From Eubacteriales bacterium (GTDB lineage Bacteria > Bacillota > Clostridia > Oscillospirales > Oscillospiraceae), in assembly GCA_030533415.1 (NCBI GenBank), contig JAUNJE010000009.1, positions 9,268 to 73,267 of the forward strand: 64,000 nucleotides of DNA. Direction: 5' to 3'. Positions 17,904 to 26,508 of this stretch are shown here, in pieces. Position 1 is the first letter of the stretch; every line of letters starts with the position of its first letter. Position numbers and translations under genes: made by a program. The notes beneath the pieces were generated by a model that had not been told where the DNA came from, did not search any database, and saw nothing but the letters and a program-made list of their open reading frames with translations.

Positions 17904-20900
17904 TACCGACTGTCAGCATAAGAATGTAAATCCACTTGAAGCAGTTGAGCCCACTTGCACTGAGGATGGATTAACTGCGGGAAAACAATGCCTTGATTGC
18001 AATGCTGTAACCGAAGCGCAGCAGACGATTCCGGCCACTGGCCACAGCTATGACAAAGGGAAAGTGACCCAAGAGCCAACTGCGGAAGAAGCAGGTGTAA
18101 AAACCTATACATGCAGTGTGTGTGGTGAAACATATACGGAGGGGATTCCTGCTACGGGCCCGGATCACCACTGGGATGAGGGAAAAGTGACTACCCAGGT
18201 GACGTGCACGGCAGAAGGTGTAATGACATACACCTGCACTGACGAAGGCTGCGAAGAAACCAAAACGGAGACGATTCCAGCCACTGGCCACAGCTGGGAC
18301 GAGGGGAAAGTGACCCAAGAGCCAACTGCGGAAAAAGCAGGTGTAAAAACCTATACATGCAGTGTATGTGGTGAAACATATACGGAGGAGATTCCTGCTA
18401 CGGGCACGGATCACCACTGGGATGAGGGAAAAGTAACTACCCCGGCGACGTGCACGGCAGAAGGTGTAATGACATACACCTGCACTGACGAGGGCTGCGA
18501 AGAAACCAAAACGGACACGATTCCAGCCACTGGACACAGCTATGGCGAGCCAACGTGGGATCGGGACGAAAAGGAGGAAAATTTCATTGCAACCTTTGTT
18601 TGCGCTACATGTGGGGCTTCGGAGACGGTGACTGCCACAATTGACGAAGATGGCAAAGCGGTTGTGACCTTTGGCGATGAAACATATTCTTATGAGTTTG
18701 AGGCCGCTCCTGTCGTTGATGCAGAACAGTTTGTTGCCCAAATTGGTAGCGAAAAATATGAGACTTTAGGTGAAGCTTTTCAGAAGGCCTGCACGATATC
18801 TCAAGAAACTAACACTACGGTGACAGTGGAGGTCTTGACAGACTGCGAGGAAAAGGCTAACAACATCCAAATAAAGAATGGTGGAAATGTAATTGTTAAA
18901 GCTGCCGACGGTGCTAACGTTACGGTCACTCTTACGGGAACAGGAGCATACCAAGCGACAACAGTAACAAACAGCTCGCTCACATTCCAGAATCTAACTA
19001 TCATTGATACATCCCTGATCGCACTGTATGAAAATGCTATCTTAACCTTTGATAATGTCAATTTGTCCATGGATGGCACAAATGTTCAGGTCGTCAGTAA
19101 TGGATATTATTCTTGCGCGATTGCACTTGAGAATCCGAAAACTACTTTGGTCTTCAAAAATTCTAAAGTTCACATTGAGAATTATCCCGGAACAGGCAGC
19201 GGCATCAGATGGGATTCTGAGCTGGATGGATACTCTATTAAATTTCTAAACGGTACGAACTTTACGGTCACAAAATGCTATTCCGGATTCACCGGTACAA
19301 ACAATATTACCATTGAGGATAGTACTGTTAATGTATATGAAAACAGAGGAAATGGGTCTAATGGCTCCAATTTTGAAATAAAAAACTCCACTGTAAATTT
19401 CAATAACAATGGTTCTCATGGCCTCTCTGCTGGTAAATTGCTTATTGATAATTCGACTGTTACTGCGAATGGCAATGGCGGAAATGGTATCCATACAAAT
19501 AGTACATTGACAATTCAAAACAAATCGACGGTCACTGTTGCGGAAAATAAATGTTCTATCAGCAGCAAATGGACCATTCCCGGAGCTGTCCATATCGGAG
19601 CAGGTGATTCTGTAATTAAAGATAGTACCGTCATGATTCAGAATAACAGTGGCTCAGGTATTTATCAGAAGTCTGCTAGTGGTTCCCTGACGATTGAGGA
19701 CAGCGCTAATGTAACCATTGTGAAAAACACCGCTGAAAAACTGGGCCTTGGCGGCGGTATTTATGTCAACGGTACTGTAACACTTGCCAACAATGTTGTT
19801 CTCTATAACAACCATGCGGGTACTGCTGGCGACGACATCTACAACGTCGGTACTATCACCTTTGGCAAAGTTGGCTCTAATTGGGCCTTAGATGGCGCTC
19901 CCGATTGCACCGATGCCATTGACGGCTGGTATGTCGATGCTGAAAATAACCGCTGGGTAGCCCATAAAACTCCCGTCCATGTAGAGGAGTTTACCAGCGG
20001 CACGGTTACATCTTCTTCTGAAAATCCCCTGGCGCTGAAGGCTGCCCACAAGCTGATACCGCTTCAGCCTGGTGATTCCTCCCACAGTTGGGAGCACTCC
20101 AAGTCCAAAACGGCGACCGAACTGGACGAGAATTATGCGTCCAAGGTAACTCTGTCTCTCCCCAGCGGTCAAACGCCGGTGGAATATGACGTGATGTTTG
20201 TGTTGGATAAGTCCAAGAGTACTGAAAAAGAGCAGATTGCCGATGAAGTAGAGAAGCTTTTGGACAAGATTCAAGGTTCCAAGGCCAAGGTGAATATCGG
20301 TGTCGTTACCTTCAACAACAATGCAAATACCTACCTGCCTTTGACGGAGCTAACCGCCAGCAGTCTGCCTAAAATTACAGAAGCAATCAATACCACTATC
20401 AGTTCCGGCACGAATATCCATGCCGGTTTGCAGAAGGGCATTGAGCTGCTTGAGGCTGGAAGTGCAGAGGAAAAATATCTTATCCTTGTCACTGACGGCA
20501 TCACCTATCTCTATAACGATGATGCGGGCAACGGCCCCTTGGGCATCAGCTATGAAGGCACAGCCGAGTCGCTGCATTATTCCTATAAATATGGCACCGG
20601 CAAAGCGCCGACAGAGTGGGAAAACCCGATGGATTGGGGCACATATTTAGGCGTCATCGATGGGCTGGTTAAGGAAGATGGAACCCGATTCGAGGGATCA
20701 TGGAATTCCACTGGCGCTACTGTAAACTCAGCGGAAAGACTGAAAAGCCCGTCTTACTCAGACGGTAACAGCATTGCGGATCATGCTATGTCTGCCGATA
20801 AAGCCCTGTTACTGACCTATCAGGAATATGAAAAGGCAATTCAGAAATTCGGCAAAGACCACGTCTATGCAGTTACGAAAGAGTTCACAACTGCCGAATT

Positions 20901-22239
20901 CCTGTGGGGAAACAGCTTCGTGGACTATCTGTCCAGCATTTCTGCGAATGAGCAGGACATTGGAACCATTATCAATCGTGACATCTACTATTTGCTCGAC
21001 GCCGGTTCCAGCGTTAAGGACTACATTGGCTTTGTTGAGAATGATTACAACTTCGACTTTGTAAACGATGTCAGCGCCCTTTCGCTGAAGGTGGGCGAGG
21101 TAACCTACGAGGCAGAAGAAATCGAAACCAATAAATATGGCTTTGTTCCGAATGAGAAGGGCGGCTACGATTACGTTGTTACTTACAACGAGGGCAACCT
21201 TGAGGACACAGAGCATTTTGTCTGGGAAATCAATGTTCCTGTCACCATTGATAAAGTGGTTCAGCTGACCTACACCGTGAAGCTGATGAATCCCAAGACC
21301 GAAGCAGGCACATATGGCAAGTATGATGCCGATGGAGCCAAGCGGTATGAAGGCTTGTATACGAATACAAGTGCGATACTGTATCCTAAGGATTCTAACG
21401 GAAGTGATGGTGTTCCCGAGTCTTTCGAAAAGCCCACTGTAGAATACACCGTTGCAGCGAAAAAATACAATGTGACCTATCAAGTTACAGGTACGATTCC
21501 CGATGGATATACTGCACCTGATGGCACAACTGTCCCGGCGGGTGGCGACTACACCGTGGAAGGTGTTCCCGAGAGCCGGAAGGGTAAATATAATGGTAAG
21601 GATGGTACCTTCACCTTCGAGGGCTGGACATACAATGGCACTAAGGTCACCGAACTGAAGAACATCCAGCAGGATATGCTTCTGGAGGGCGTTTGGTCAT
21701 TCAAACCTGATGAGTCTGTTACTCCTGACCCGACGCCGGACTACGGCAAACTGACCATCGATAAGTCGGCCAACCGCACGACAGTGCGTCCCGGTAAGAC
21801 CATCACTTACACCATCAAGGTCACCAACAGGACTGGCGAGGACCTGGAAGATATCGTCGTTTCCGAAAAGCTGGATGCAAATCTGACCTTTGTCAGCGCC
21901 AGCGGCGATGGAAATTATGCGGTCAAGGACGGCCTGTGGACGATTTCCGAGCTGAAAAATGGCAAAACCGCCAAACTGACCATCAAGGCCACGGTCAAGT
22001 CCGGTGTGAAGAATGGAACGGTGATCAAGAATACTGTAGTCATCACCGAGGCTGGCGGTGATCCCGTTCCCGGTACGCCCAGTGATACCGTGAAAGTGAC
22101 CGTCTCCAACAAGATCTCCCTGATTCCCGAAACCGGAGACACCAGCAACATCGGCCTGTGGATCGGCGTGCTGGTTGCCTGCGCGGTGGTTCTGGGCGTG
22201 GTGCTGATCCTCACCGTGAAGAAAAAGAAAACCAGATAA
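17809..22239 (+). CDS. Sortase-anchored vWA/beta-helix-like/DUF11-like surface protein, variant B
   Basis: Same signal peptide and same last ~325 aa as variant A; different Cys/His repeats (H.WDEGKVT..TCT.EG..TYTC); vWA DVMFVLDKSKS...LILVTDG; IPETG anchor. Alternative starts 17797/17785. Confidence 0.88.
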   Translation: MRKNTKGKRFLALVLAAVLMLSVCPVTASAEDTDCQHKNVNPLEAVEPTCTEDGLTAGKQCLDCNAVTEAQQTIPATGHSYDKGKVTQEPTAEEAGVKTYTCSVCGETYTEGIPATGPDHHWDEGKVTTQVTCTAEGVMTYTCTDEGCEETKTETIPATGHSWDEGKVTQEPTAEKAGVKTYTCSVCGETYTEEIPATGTDHHWDEGKVTTPATCTAEGVMTYTCTDEGCEETKTDTIPATGHSYGEPTWDRDEKEENFIATFVCATCGASETVTATIDEDGKAVVTFGDETYSYEFEAAPVVDAEQFVAQIGSEKYETLGEAFQKACTISQETNTTVTVEVLTDCEEKANNIQIKNGGNVIVKAADGANVTVTLTGTGAYQATTVTNSSLTFQNLTIIDTSLIALYENAILTFDNVNLSMDGTNVQVVSNGYYSCAIALENPKTTLVFKNSKVHIENYPGTGSGIRWDSELDGYSIKFLNGTNFTVTKCYSGFTGTNNITIEDSTVNVYENRGNGSNGSNFEIKNSTVNFNNNGSHGLSAGKLLIDNSTVTANGNGGNGIHTNSTLTIQNKSTVTVAENKCSISSKWTIPGAVHIGAGDSVIKDSTVMIQNNSGSGIYQKSASGSLTIEDSANVTIVKNTAEKLGLGGGIYVNGTVTLANNVVLYNNHAGTAGDDIYNVGTITFGKVGSNWALDGAPDCTDAIDGWYVDAENNRWVAHKTPVHVEEFTSGTVTSSSENPLALKAAHKLIPLQPGDSSHSWEHSKSKTATELDENYASKVTLSLPSGQTPVEYDVMFVLDKSKSTEKEQIADEVEKLLDKIQGSKAKVNIGVVTFNNNANTYLPLTELTASSLPKITEAINTTISSGTNIHAGLQKGIELLEAGSAEEKYLILVTDGITYLYNDDAGNGPLGISYEGTAESLHYSYKYGTGKAPTEWENPMDWGTYLGVIDGLVKEDGTRFEGSWNSTGATVNSAERLKSPSYSDGNSIADHAMSADKALLLTYQEYEKAIQKFGKDHVYAVTKEFTTAEFLWGNSFVDYLSSISANEQDIGTIINRDIYYLLDAGSSVKDYIGFVENDYNFDFVNDVSALSLKVGEVTYEAEEIETNKYGFVPNEKGGYDYVVTYNEGNLEDTEHFVWEINVPVTIDKVVQLTYTVKLMNPKTEAGTYGKYDADGAKRYEGLYTNTSAILYPKDSNGSDGVPESFEKPTVEYTVAAKKYNVTYQVTGTIPDGYTAPDGTTVPAGGDYTVEGVPESRKGKYNGKDGTFTFEGWTYNGTKVTELKNIQQDMLLEGVWSFKPDESVTPDPTPDYGKLTIDKSANRTTVRPGKTITYTIKVTNRTGEDLEDIVVSEKLDANLTFVSASGDGNYAVKDGLWTISELKNGKTAKLTIKATVKSGVKNGTVIKNTVVITEAGGDPVPGTPSDTVKVTVSNKISLIPETGDTSNIGLWIGVLVACAVVLGVVLILTVKKKKTR
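18025..18545 (+). repeat. Intragenic tandem duplication with 246-bp (82-aa) period
   Basis: ACGATTCC(G/A)GCCACTGG(C/A)CACAGC recurs at 18025, 18271 and 18517 with near-identical intervening DNA. Confidence 0.85.
19825..19931. repeat. Internal 107-bp homology block, right
   Basis: Reverse complement of 15156-15262. Confidence 0.9.
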
Positions 22240-23300
22240 GCAGTAAGTAACCCCTAAAAAAGGCGGCAGCGGGAGCCATCCCCTGCCGCCCTTTCCATAG
22301 CCGGAAGGAGGGAAATCATGACGGTAACATCCAGCCTGACGGGGCAGCGCTTTGGCAGGCTGACGGTGCTGGAACAGACGGAGGATGGCAGGCTCCTGTG
22401 CCGCTGCGACTGCGGCAATACGGTCACCCTGGCGGATACTTTGCTGCTGACAAAGTTTTTCACCTCCTGCGGCTGCGCCCGGGGCGAAGGCCGGAAAAAG
22501 GACATCACCGGACTGCGTTCCGGGAAGGTGGTGGCCCTGGCGCCCACGGAGGAAAAACGCCGGGGCGTGGTCCTCTGGAAATGCCGCTGTGACTGCGGGC
22601 GGGAGTTTCTGACCGAGGGCTACAAAATATCCAACGGCGTCATCGAAAGCTGCGGCTGCCTGCGCTCGGAGCATAAAATCAAGGACCTGACCAACCAGCG
22701 CTTCGGCAGGCTCACCGCCCTGCGGCGGCTGGACAAAAAGCTGGGGTCCAGCTACGCCTGGCTGTGCCGCTGTGACTGCGGGCAATTGACGGAGGTATCC
22801 GCCAACGCATTGCTGCAGGGCGGCACCAAAAGCTGTGGCTGCATCCGGAGCGAAATGCTGAAAAAGCGGGCCGGAGACATCGCCGGGCAGCGTTTTGGGC
22901 GGCTGGTTGCGCTGGAGCCCACCGAAGGACGCATGGGCGGCAGTGTGGTCTGGAAGTGCCGGTGTGACTGCGGCGGGGAGACAGAGGTCTCCTACAACAG
23001 TCTGGTGCAGGGGAATACCAAAAGCTGCGGCTGTCTGCCCAAGGAGCACGAAAGTCCCGTAAGTTACATGCGTTATATCGACGGCACCTGTGTGGAAATG
23101 CTGGAACGGAAGGGCCTGAGAAAAGACAACACCAGCGGCTACACGGGGGTAATGGCCTACCGTGGAAAATGGAAGGCCCAGATCACCTTCAAGGGAAAGC
23201 TGTACAATCTGGGGACCTATTCCAAAATCGAGGACGCCGCAAAGGCGAGAAAAGAAGCAGAAGAACGGATTTTCGGAGAATTCCTGGACTGGTATTATGA
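21258..23300. repeat. Outer inverted repeat, right arm
   Basis: Reverse complement of 11811-13853. Confidence 0.95.
22256..22294. terminator. GC-rich hairpin between surface gene and AP2 gene (mirror copy at 12817-12855)
   Basis: AAAAAA-GGCGGCAG(C)GGGA...TCCCCTGCCGCC-CTTT; weak U-tail in the sense direction. Confidence 0.55.
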
Positions 23301-23391
23301 GCATTTTCCCCCAAAAGGGAAAACGGGACTCACCGTCAAAGCCAATGACGCCCAATATACAGGCCCGGCATGCAGAAAAACACGCGAATAA
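22318..23391 (+). CDS. Cys-rich repeat plus AP2-domain protein, copy 2
   Basis: Identical to copy 1 up to EERIFGEFL, then a different and longer C-terminal tail. Confidence 0.85.
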   Translation: MTVTSSLTGQRFGRLTVLEQTEDGRLLCRCDCGNTVTLADTLLLTKFFTSCGCARGEGRKKDITGLRSGKVVALAPTEEKRRGVVLWKCRCDCGREFLTEGYKISNGVIESCGCLRSEHKIKDLTNQRFGRLTALRRLDKKLGSSYAWLCRCDCGQLTEVSANALLQGGTKSCGCIRSEMLKKRAGDIAGQRFGRLVALEPTEGRMGGSVVWKCRCDCGGETEVSYNSLVQGNTKSCGCLPKEHESPVSYMRYIDGTCVEMLERKGLRKDNTSGYTGVMAYRGKWKAQITFKGKLYNLGTYSKIEDAAKARKEAEERIFGEFLDWYYEHFPPKGKTGLTVKANDAQYTGPACRKTRE

Positions 23392-23393
23392 GG

Positions 23394-23427
23394 AAACCGC
23401 CGCAGGAAAATCCCCTGCGGCGGTTTT
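23394..23427. terminator. Bidirectional intrinsic terminator
   Basis: AAACCGCCGCAGG-loop-CCTGCGGCGGTTTT between convergent genes. Confidence 0.75.
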
Positions 23428-23437
23428 GATTGAAAAA

Positions 23438-25144
23438 TTACAGTTTGGTATCCCAGCGGCCGCACCAGACATTCTCTTCGGGAATGCCCGTAAATGCACT
23501 GCCGCCGCAGAGCTTGTCAATAACGGCGTCAATGACCTCGGGGGAATCCATATAGCAGTTGACATAGGTACGGCTCATGGTCAGGTCGATCAGATAGTTG
23601 GGCAGGTACAGGCTGATGAAAGCCGTAGGAACCTGGCTGGCGTACCAGGGTTGCTGGGTGGGCATGGTCCACTTGACCCGCATGGTGTTGTACTGCGCGA
23701 AGCCAACCTGGTCGATAAAGACCAGCACCGCATCGGTGTTTGCGCGGAAGGCCTCCATCTTTCCCTTGGCGGGAATGGCGTCTCCGTCCTCAACGGCAAA
23801 GCCCCGCTCTTCCAGCTTTTGGATGATCTGTGCTTTGGTTTTTGCCCCGGAATCATCCTTTATCAGCTTGCCGGCAATGACCCGGCCATCTCCCTCCAGG
23901 AAGTAAACGCGGATACGCTTCTGCTTGGCGGGGTCCAGAGGCAGCATCTTCTGAGTGTCTTTGACCAGCGTCACAAATTTGTCCGCACATTCTCTGGCAA
24001 TGGCGCTGTGCTCCGGGCAGCCCACCACGGAGATACCCTCCTTGGGCGGCATCAGGGTGCCGGCGGCTTGCTTCCGGTGCAGTCCGATGCTGGCCTTGAC
24101 GCCCAGAATGCGCATCAGGGCGTCGGTCATGCGTTCCTCGGTGATGATGCCGTTTTTGTAGCCGTCCATCATGTAGCCGAAATCCTCTTCCATGTCATTG
24201 AAGAACAGGTACATGTCACAGCCGGCGGCAATGGCCTGGGGAACCTGCTGGCTGCGGGGCATTGCGCCAAACATACCGATCATGTGGGAGGCGTCGGTGA
24301 CTACCAGGCCGTTGAAGCCCAGTTTTTCCTTCAGCAGCCCGGTGATCAGCTCGGGACAAAGGGTGGCGGGCAGAATTTCGTGGTCATCCAGCTGACGGCC
24401 GGCCAGTCTGCGCTGCCATGCGGGCTGGGCGATGTGTCCGGCCATAATGGTTTTGACACCGGCGTCGATCAGCTCGGCATATACTTTGCCAAAGGTGTCC
24501 ATCCAGGTGTCGCAGTCCAGATCGTTGATGCCCATCATCAGGTGCTGGTCGTTTTCCTCGGTGCCGTCACCGGGGAAGTGCTTGATGGTGGTGGCCATTT
24601 CGCATTCTTCCGTGCCCTTCAGGAAGGCCTTGGCATATGCCACCGTGCGCTCTGCATCCGCACAGAAGGAGCGGGTCTGCACGATGGTGTTCCGCCAGTT
24701 TTGCAGCAGGTCAACAATGGGGGCAAAATTCCAGTTGGAGCCGATGGCCATAGCTTCCATGCCGCCGACCTTTGCCGCTTTGTAGGCCACTTCGGGGTCC
24801 CGGGAGGCGGCGGTTGCCGCACCGCAGGCCACAGCGGTACCGCCGCCGACACCGCCGTTGCCGCCGGCCTCGCAATTGCTGGCAACCAGCAGGGGAATGC
24901 GGCTGTGCTGCTGGAAGGTGTTGACCATGTCCCACAGCTCAGAGGCGGATTTGTTGTGATAGCGCAGCGCTCCGGGATGATAGGTTTCGGCCACCTTCCG
25001 AATGCCCTCGGGGCTGAAATCGGTGACCATATTGACAAATAGCTGACCAACCTTTTCCTCGTCGGTCATACCGGCAATGGTGTCCATTACCCACTGGACA
25101 TCCTCGTCGGACAGATAGTAGGGTTTTGCTTTCAAATTGACCAT
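23438..25144 (-). CDS. Glycoside hydrolase family 3 (beta-hexosaminidase/beta-glucosidase-like)
   Basis: WNFAPIVDL, IKHFPGDG, IMAGHI, LGFNGLVVTDAS; start MVNLKAKPY after AGGAG; no signal peptide. Confidence 0.9.
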   Translation of the reverse strand: MVNLKAKPYYLSDEDVQWVMDTIAGMTDEEKVGQLFVNMVTDFSPEGIRKVAETYHPGALRYHNKSASELWDMVNTFQQHSRIPLLVASNCEAGGNGGVGGGTAVACGAATAASRDPEVAYKAAKVGGMEAMAIGSNWNFAPIVDLLQNWRNTIVQTRSFCADAERTVAYAKAFLKGTEECEMATTIKHFPGDGTEENDQHLMMGINDLDCDTWMDTFGKVYAELIDAGVKTIMAGHIAQPAWQRRLAGRQLDDHEILPATLCPELITGLLKEKLGFNGLVVTDASHMIGMFGAMPRSQQVPQAIAAGCDMYLFFNDMEEDFGYMMDGYKNGIITEERMTDALMRILGVKASIGLHRKQAAGTLMPPKEGISVVGCPEHSAIARECADKFVTLVKDTQKMLPLDPAKQKRIRVYFLEGDGRVIAGKLIKDDSGAKTKAQIIQKLEERGFAVEDGDAIPAKGKMEAFRANTDAVLVFIDQVGFAQYNTMRVKWTMPTQQPWYASQVPTAFISLYLPNYLIDLTMSRTYVNCYMDSPEVIDAVIDKLCGGSAFTGIPEENVWCGRWDTKL

Positions 25145-25397
25145 GGTGATACTCCTTTTGTTAAAAATAGATAATCTTTGCGCATGCTCGATGCCATTAT
25201 ACAGCACATTTGCGCATTTTACCAGTGCGATTTTAAGGTATCTCCGAAAAATAGCAATATGCCCAACAAGCGGGGGCTTTTTTTGCCGGATAAGTCATGT
25301 TCCCGGGGAACGGTTATACTGTTTATAAGGAAACAGTATTAGAAAATACAGGAAAAATCCCCTGGAGAAAACCTCTCCAGGGGAAGATCGGGGCCGG

Positions 25398-25940
25398 TCA
25401 AATACCCAGCACACCGAACAAAAGAAATCCCATGCCCGCGCTGAAAAGCAGAATTTTTGGAATGCTGACCTTGTATTTCAGAAGCAGCACCAGATCGGTG
25501 GCACCGATGGCAACGGCGGGGCAGTTAAGGCCGGAAGAACCCCAATAGCTGCTTAGACTCAGGGACACCAGCACACCCAGCACCATGCCCAGGCAGGCGG
25601 GGCGCACGCCAAGCAGGATCCGCTGCATGATGCGGCTGTCCTTAAAACGGTGGAAGAAAGCGGCCGCCGCGGCGCAGAGCGTCAGTGTGGGGGTCAGGGT
25701 GCCTAAGTTAGCGGCAATGGCGCCGGGAACGCCTGCGGCCTGCATCCCGGCAAAGGTGGCGCAGTTTAAGCCAAGGGGGCCGGGAGTCATCTCCGCAATG
25801 GCAACGATATCCGTGACCTGCTCCACCGTCATCCAGCCGTGGCTCAGCACCTCGCTGGAAATTTGGGGGATCATGGACAACCCGCCGAAGCTGCCAAATC
25901 CGATCAGAAGAAAGCTCCAGTACAGTTTAAGCAGCACCAT
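25398..25940 (-). CDS. Short-chain chromate transporter (ChrA family), subunit 2
   Basis: IGFGSFGG, AIAEMTPGP motifs. Confidence 0.88.
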   Translation of the reverse strand: MVLLKLYWSFLLIGFGSFGGLSMIPQISSEVLSHGWMTVEQVTDIVAIAEMTPGPLGLNCATFAGMQAAGVPGAIAANLGTLTPTLTLCAAAAAFFHRFKDSRIMQRILLGVRPACLGMVLGVLVSLSLSSYWGSSGLNCPAVAIGATDLVLLLKYKVSIPKILLFSAGMGFLLFGVLGI

Positions 25941-26508
25941 GGTCTTTTTCCCCCTTCCGTTCGTAGTATCCGCCGATGAGGAAGCCTGCCGCAATGCCGA
26001 CGGCCACCAGGAAAATGGCGTTGATATCCAGAAAAAGGTACAGGCCCAGGCACAGCAGCACCACAAAAACGCAGGGAGGATACTTGACGCTGCCTTTGGC
26101 CAGGCCGATGGCGGCGCTGGCGATAATGGGCACCACTGCCGCCTGCATCCCGCTCATGACAGCCATGACCCAGTAATTGCTGCGAAAGGCGTTATATCCA
26201 AAGCTGATGGCAATGAGAATTAACATCGGCGGCACGGTCATGCCGAATACGCAGACGAACCCGCCCAAAATTCCCCCGGCCCGGTAGCCGTAGAGCATGG
26301 CCACATTGGCGATCATGGTGCCGGGCAGGCTTTTTGCCACGCTGGTCAAGTCCAGCAGCTCCTCCGCCGTGATGACCTTTTTCTTTTCCACATACAGCTG
26401 CTGCATCTGGGCGATGATGCTCCAGCCGCCACCAAAGGTGAAGCAGCCGAAGCGCATAAATTCCAGAAGCAGAATCCAAAGTTCTTTTGCCCGTTTCGTA
26501 ACAGTCAC
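25927..26508 (-). CDS. Short-chain chromate transporter (ChrA family), subunit 1
   Basis: FGCFTFGGG, AKSLPG motifs; GTG start overlaps the citXG stop (GTGA). Confidence 0.88.
   Translation of the reverse strand: MTVTKRAKELWILLLEFMRFGCFTFGGGWSIIAQMQQLYVEKKKVITAEELLDLTSVAKSLPGTMIANVAMLYGYRAGGILGGFVCVFGMTVPPMLILIAISFGYNAFRSNYWVMAVMSGMQAAVVPIIASAAIGLAKGSVKYPPCVFVVLLCLGLYLFLDINAIFLVAVGIAAGFLIGGYYERKGEKDHGAA

Noticed and set aside
16872-18133. Small ORFs in and around the spacer (MWQSHEWDGG..., 17234-17512, 17505-17717)
   Set aside because: They overlap leader, repeat and palindromic DNA, lack RBSs, and none resembles a recombinase.
16613-18545. Tandem repeats as a CRISPR array
   Set aside because: In-frame coding repeats (72 and 246 bp) without unique spacers; no cas genes.
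15156-19931. 107-bp repeat pair as a diversity-generating retroelement TR/VR
   Set aside because: No reverse transcriptase nearby, both copies are mid-CDS, and the two differences are synonymous C/T changes on the coding strand rather than adenine-specific.
11774-23391. Composite transposon or prophage interpretation of the large inverted repeats
   Set aside because: The arms encode no transposase, integrase or phage structural gene, and no target duplication was seen.
22318-23391. AP2 protein as an HNH homing endonuclease
   Set aside because: No HNH catalytic motif is visible between the Cys repeats and the AP2 domain.
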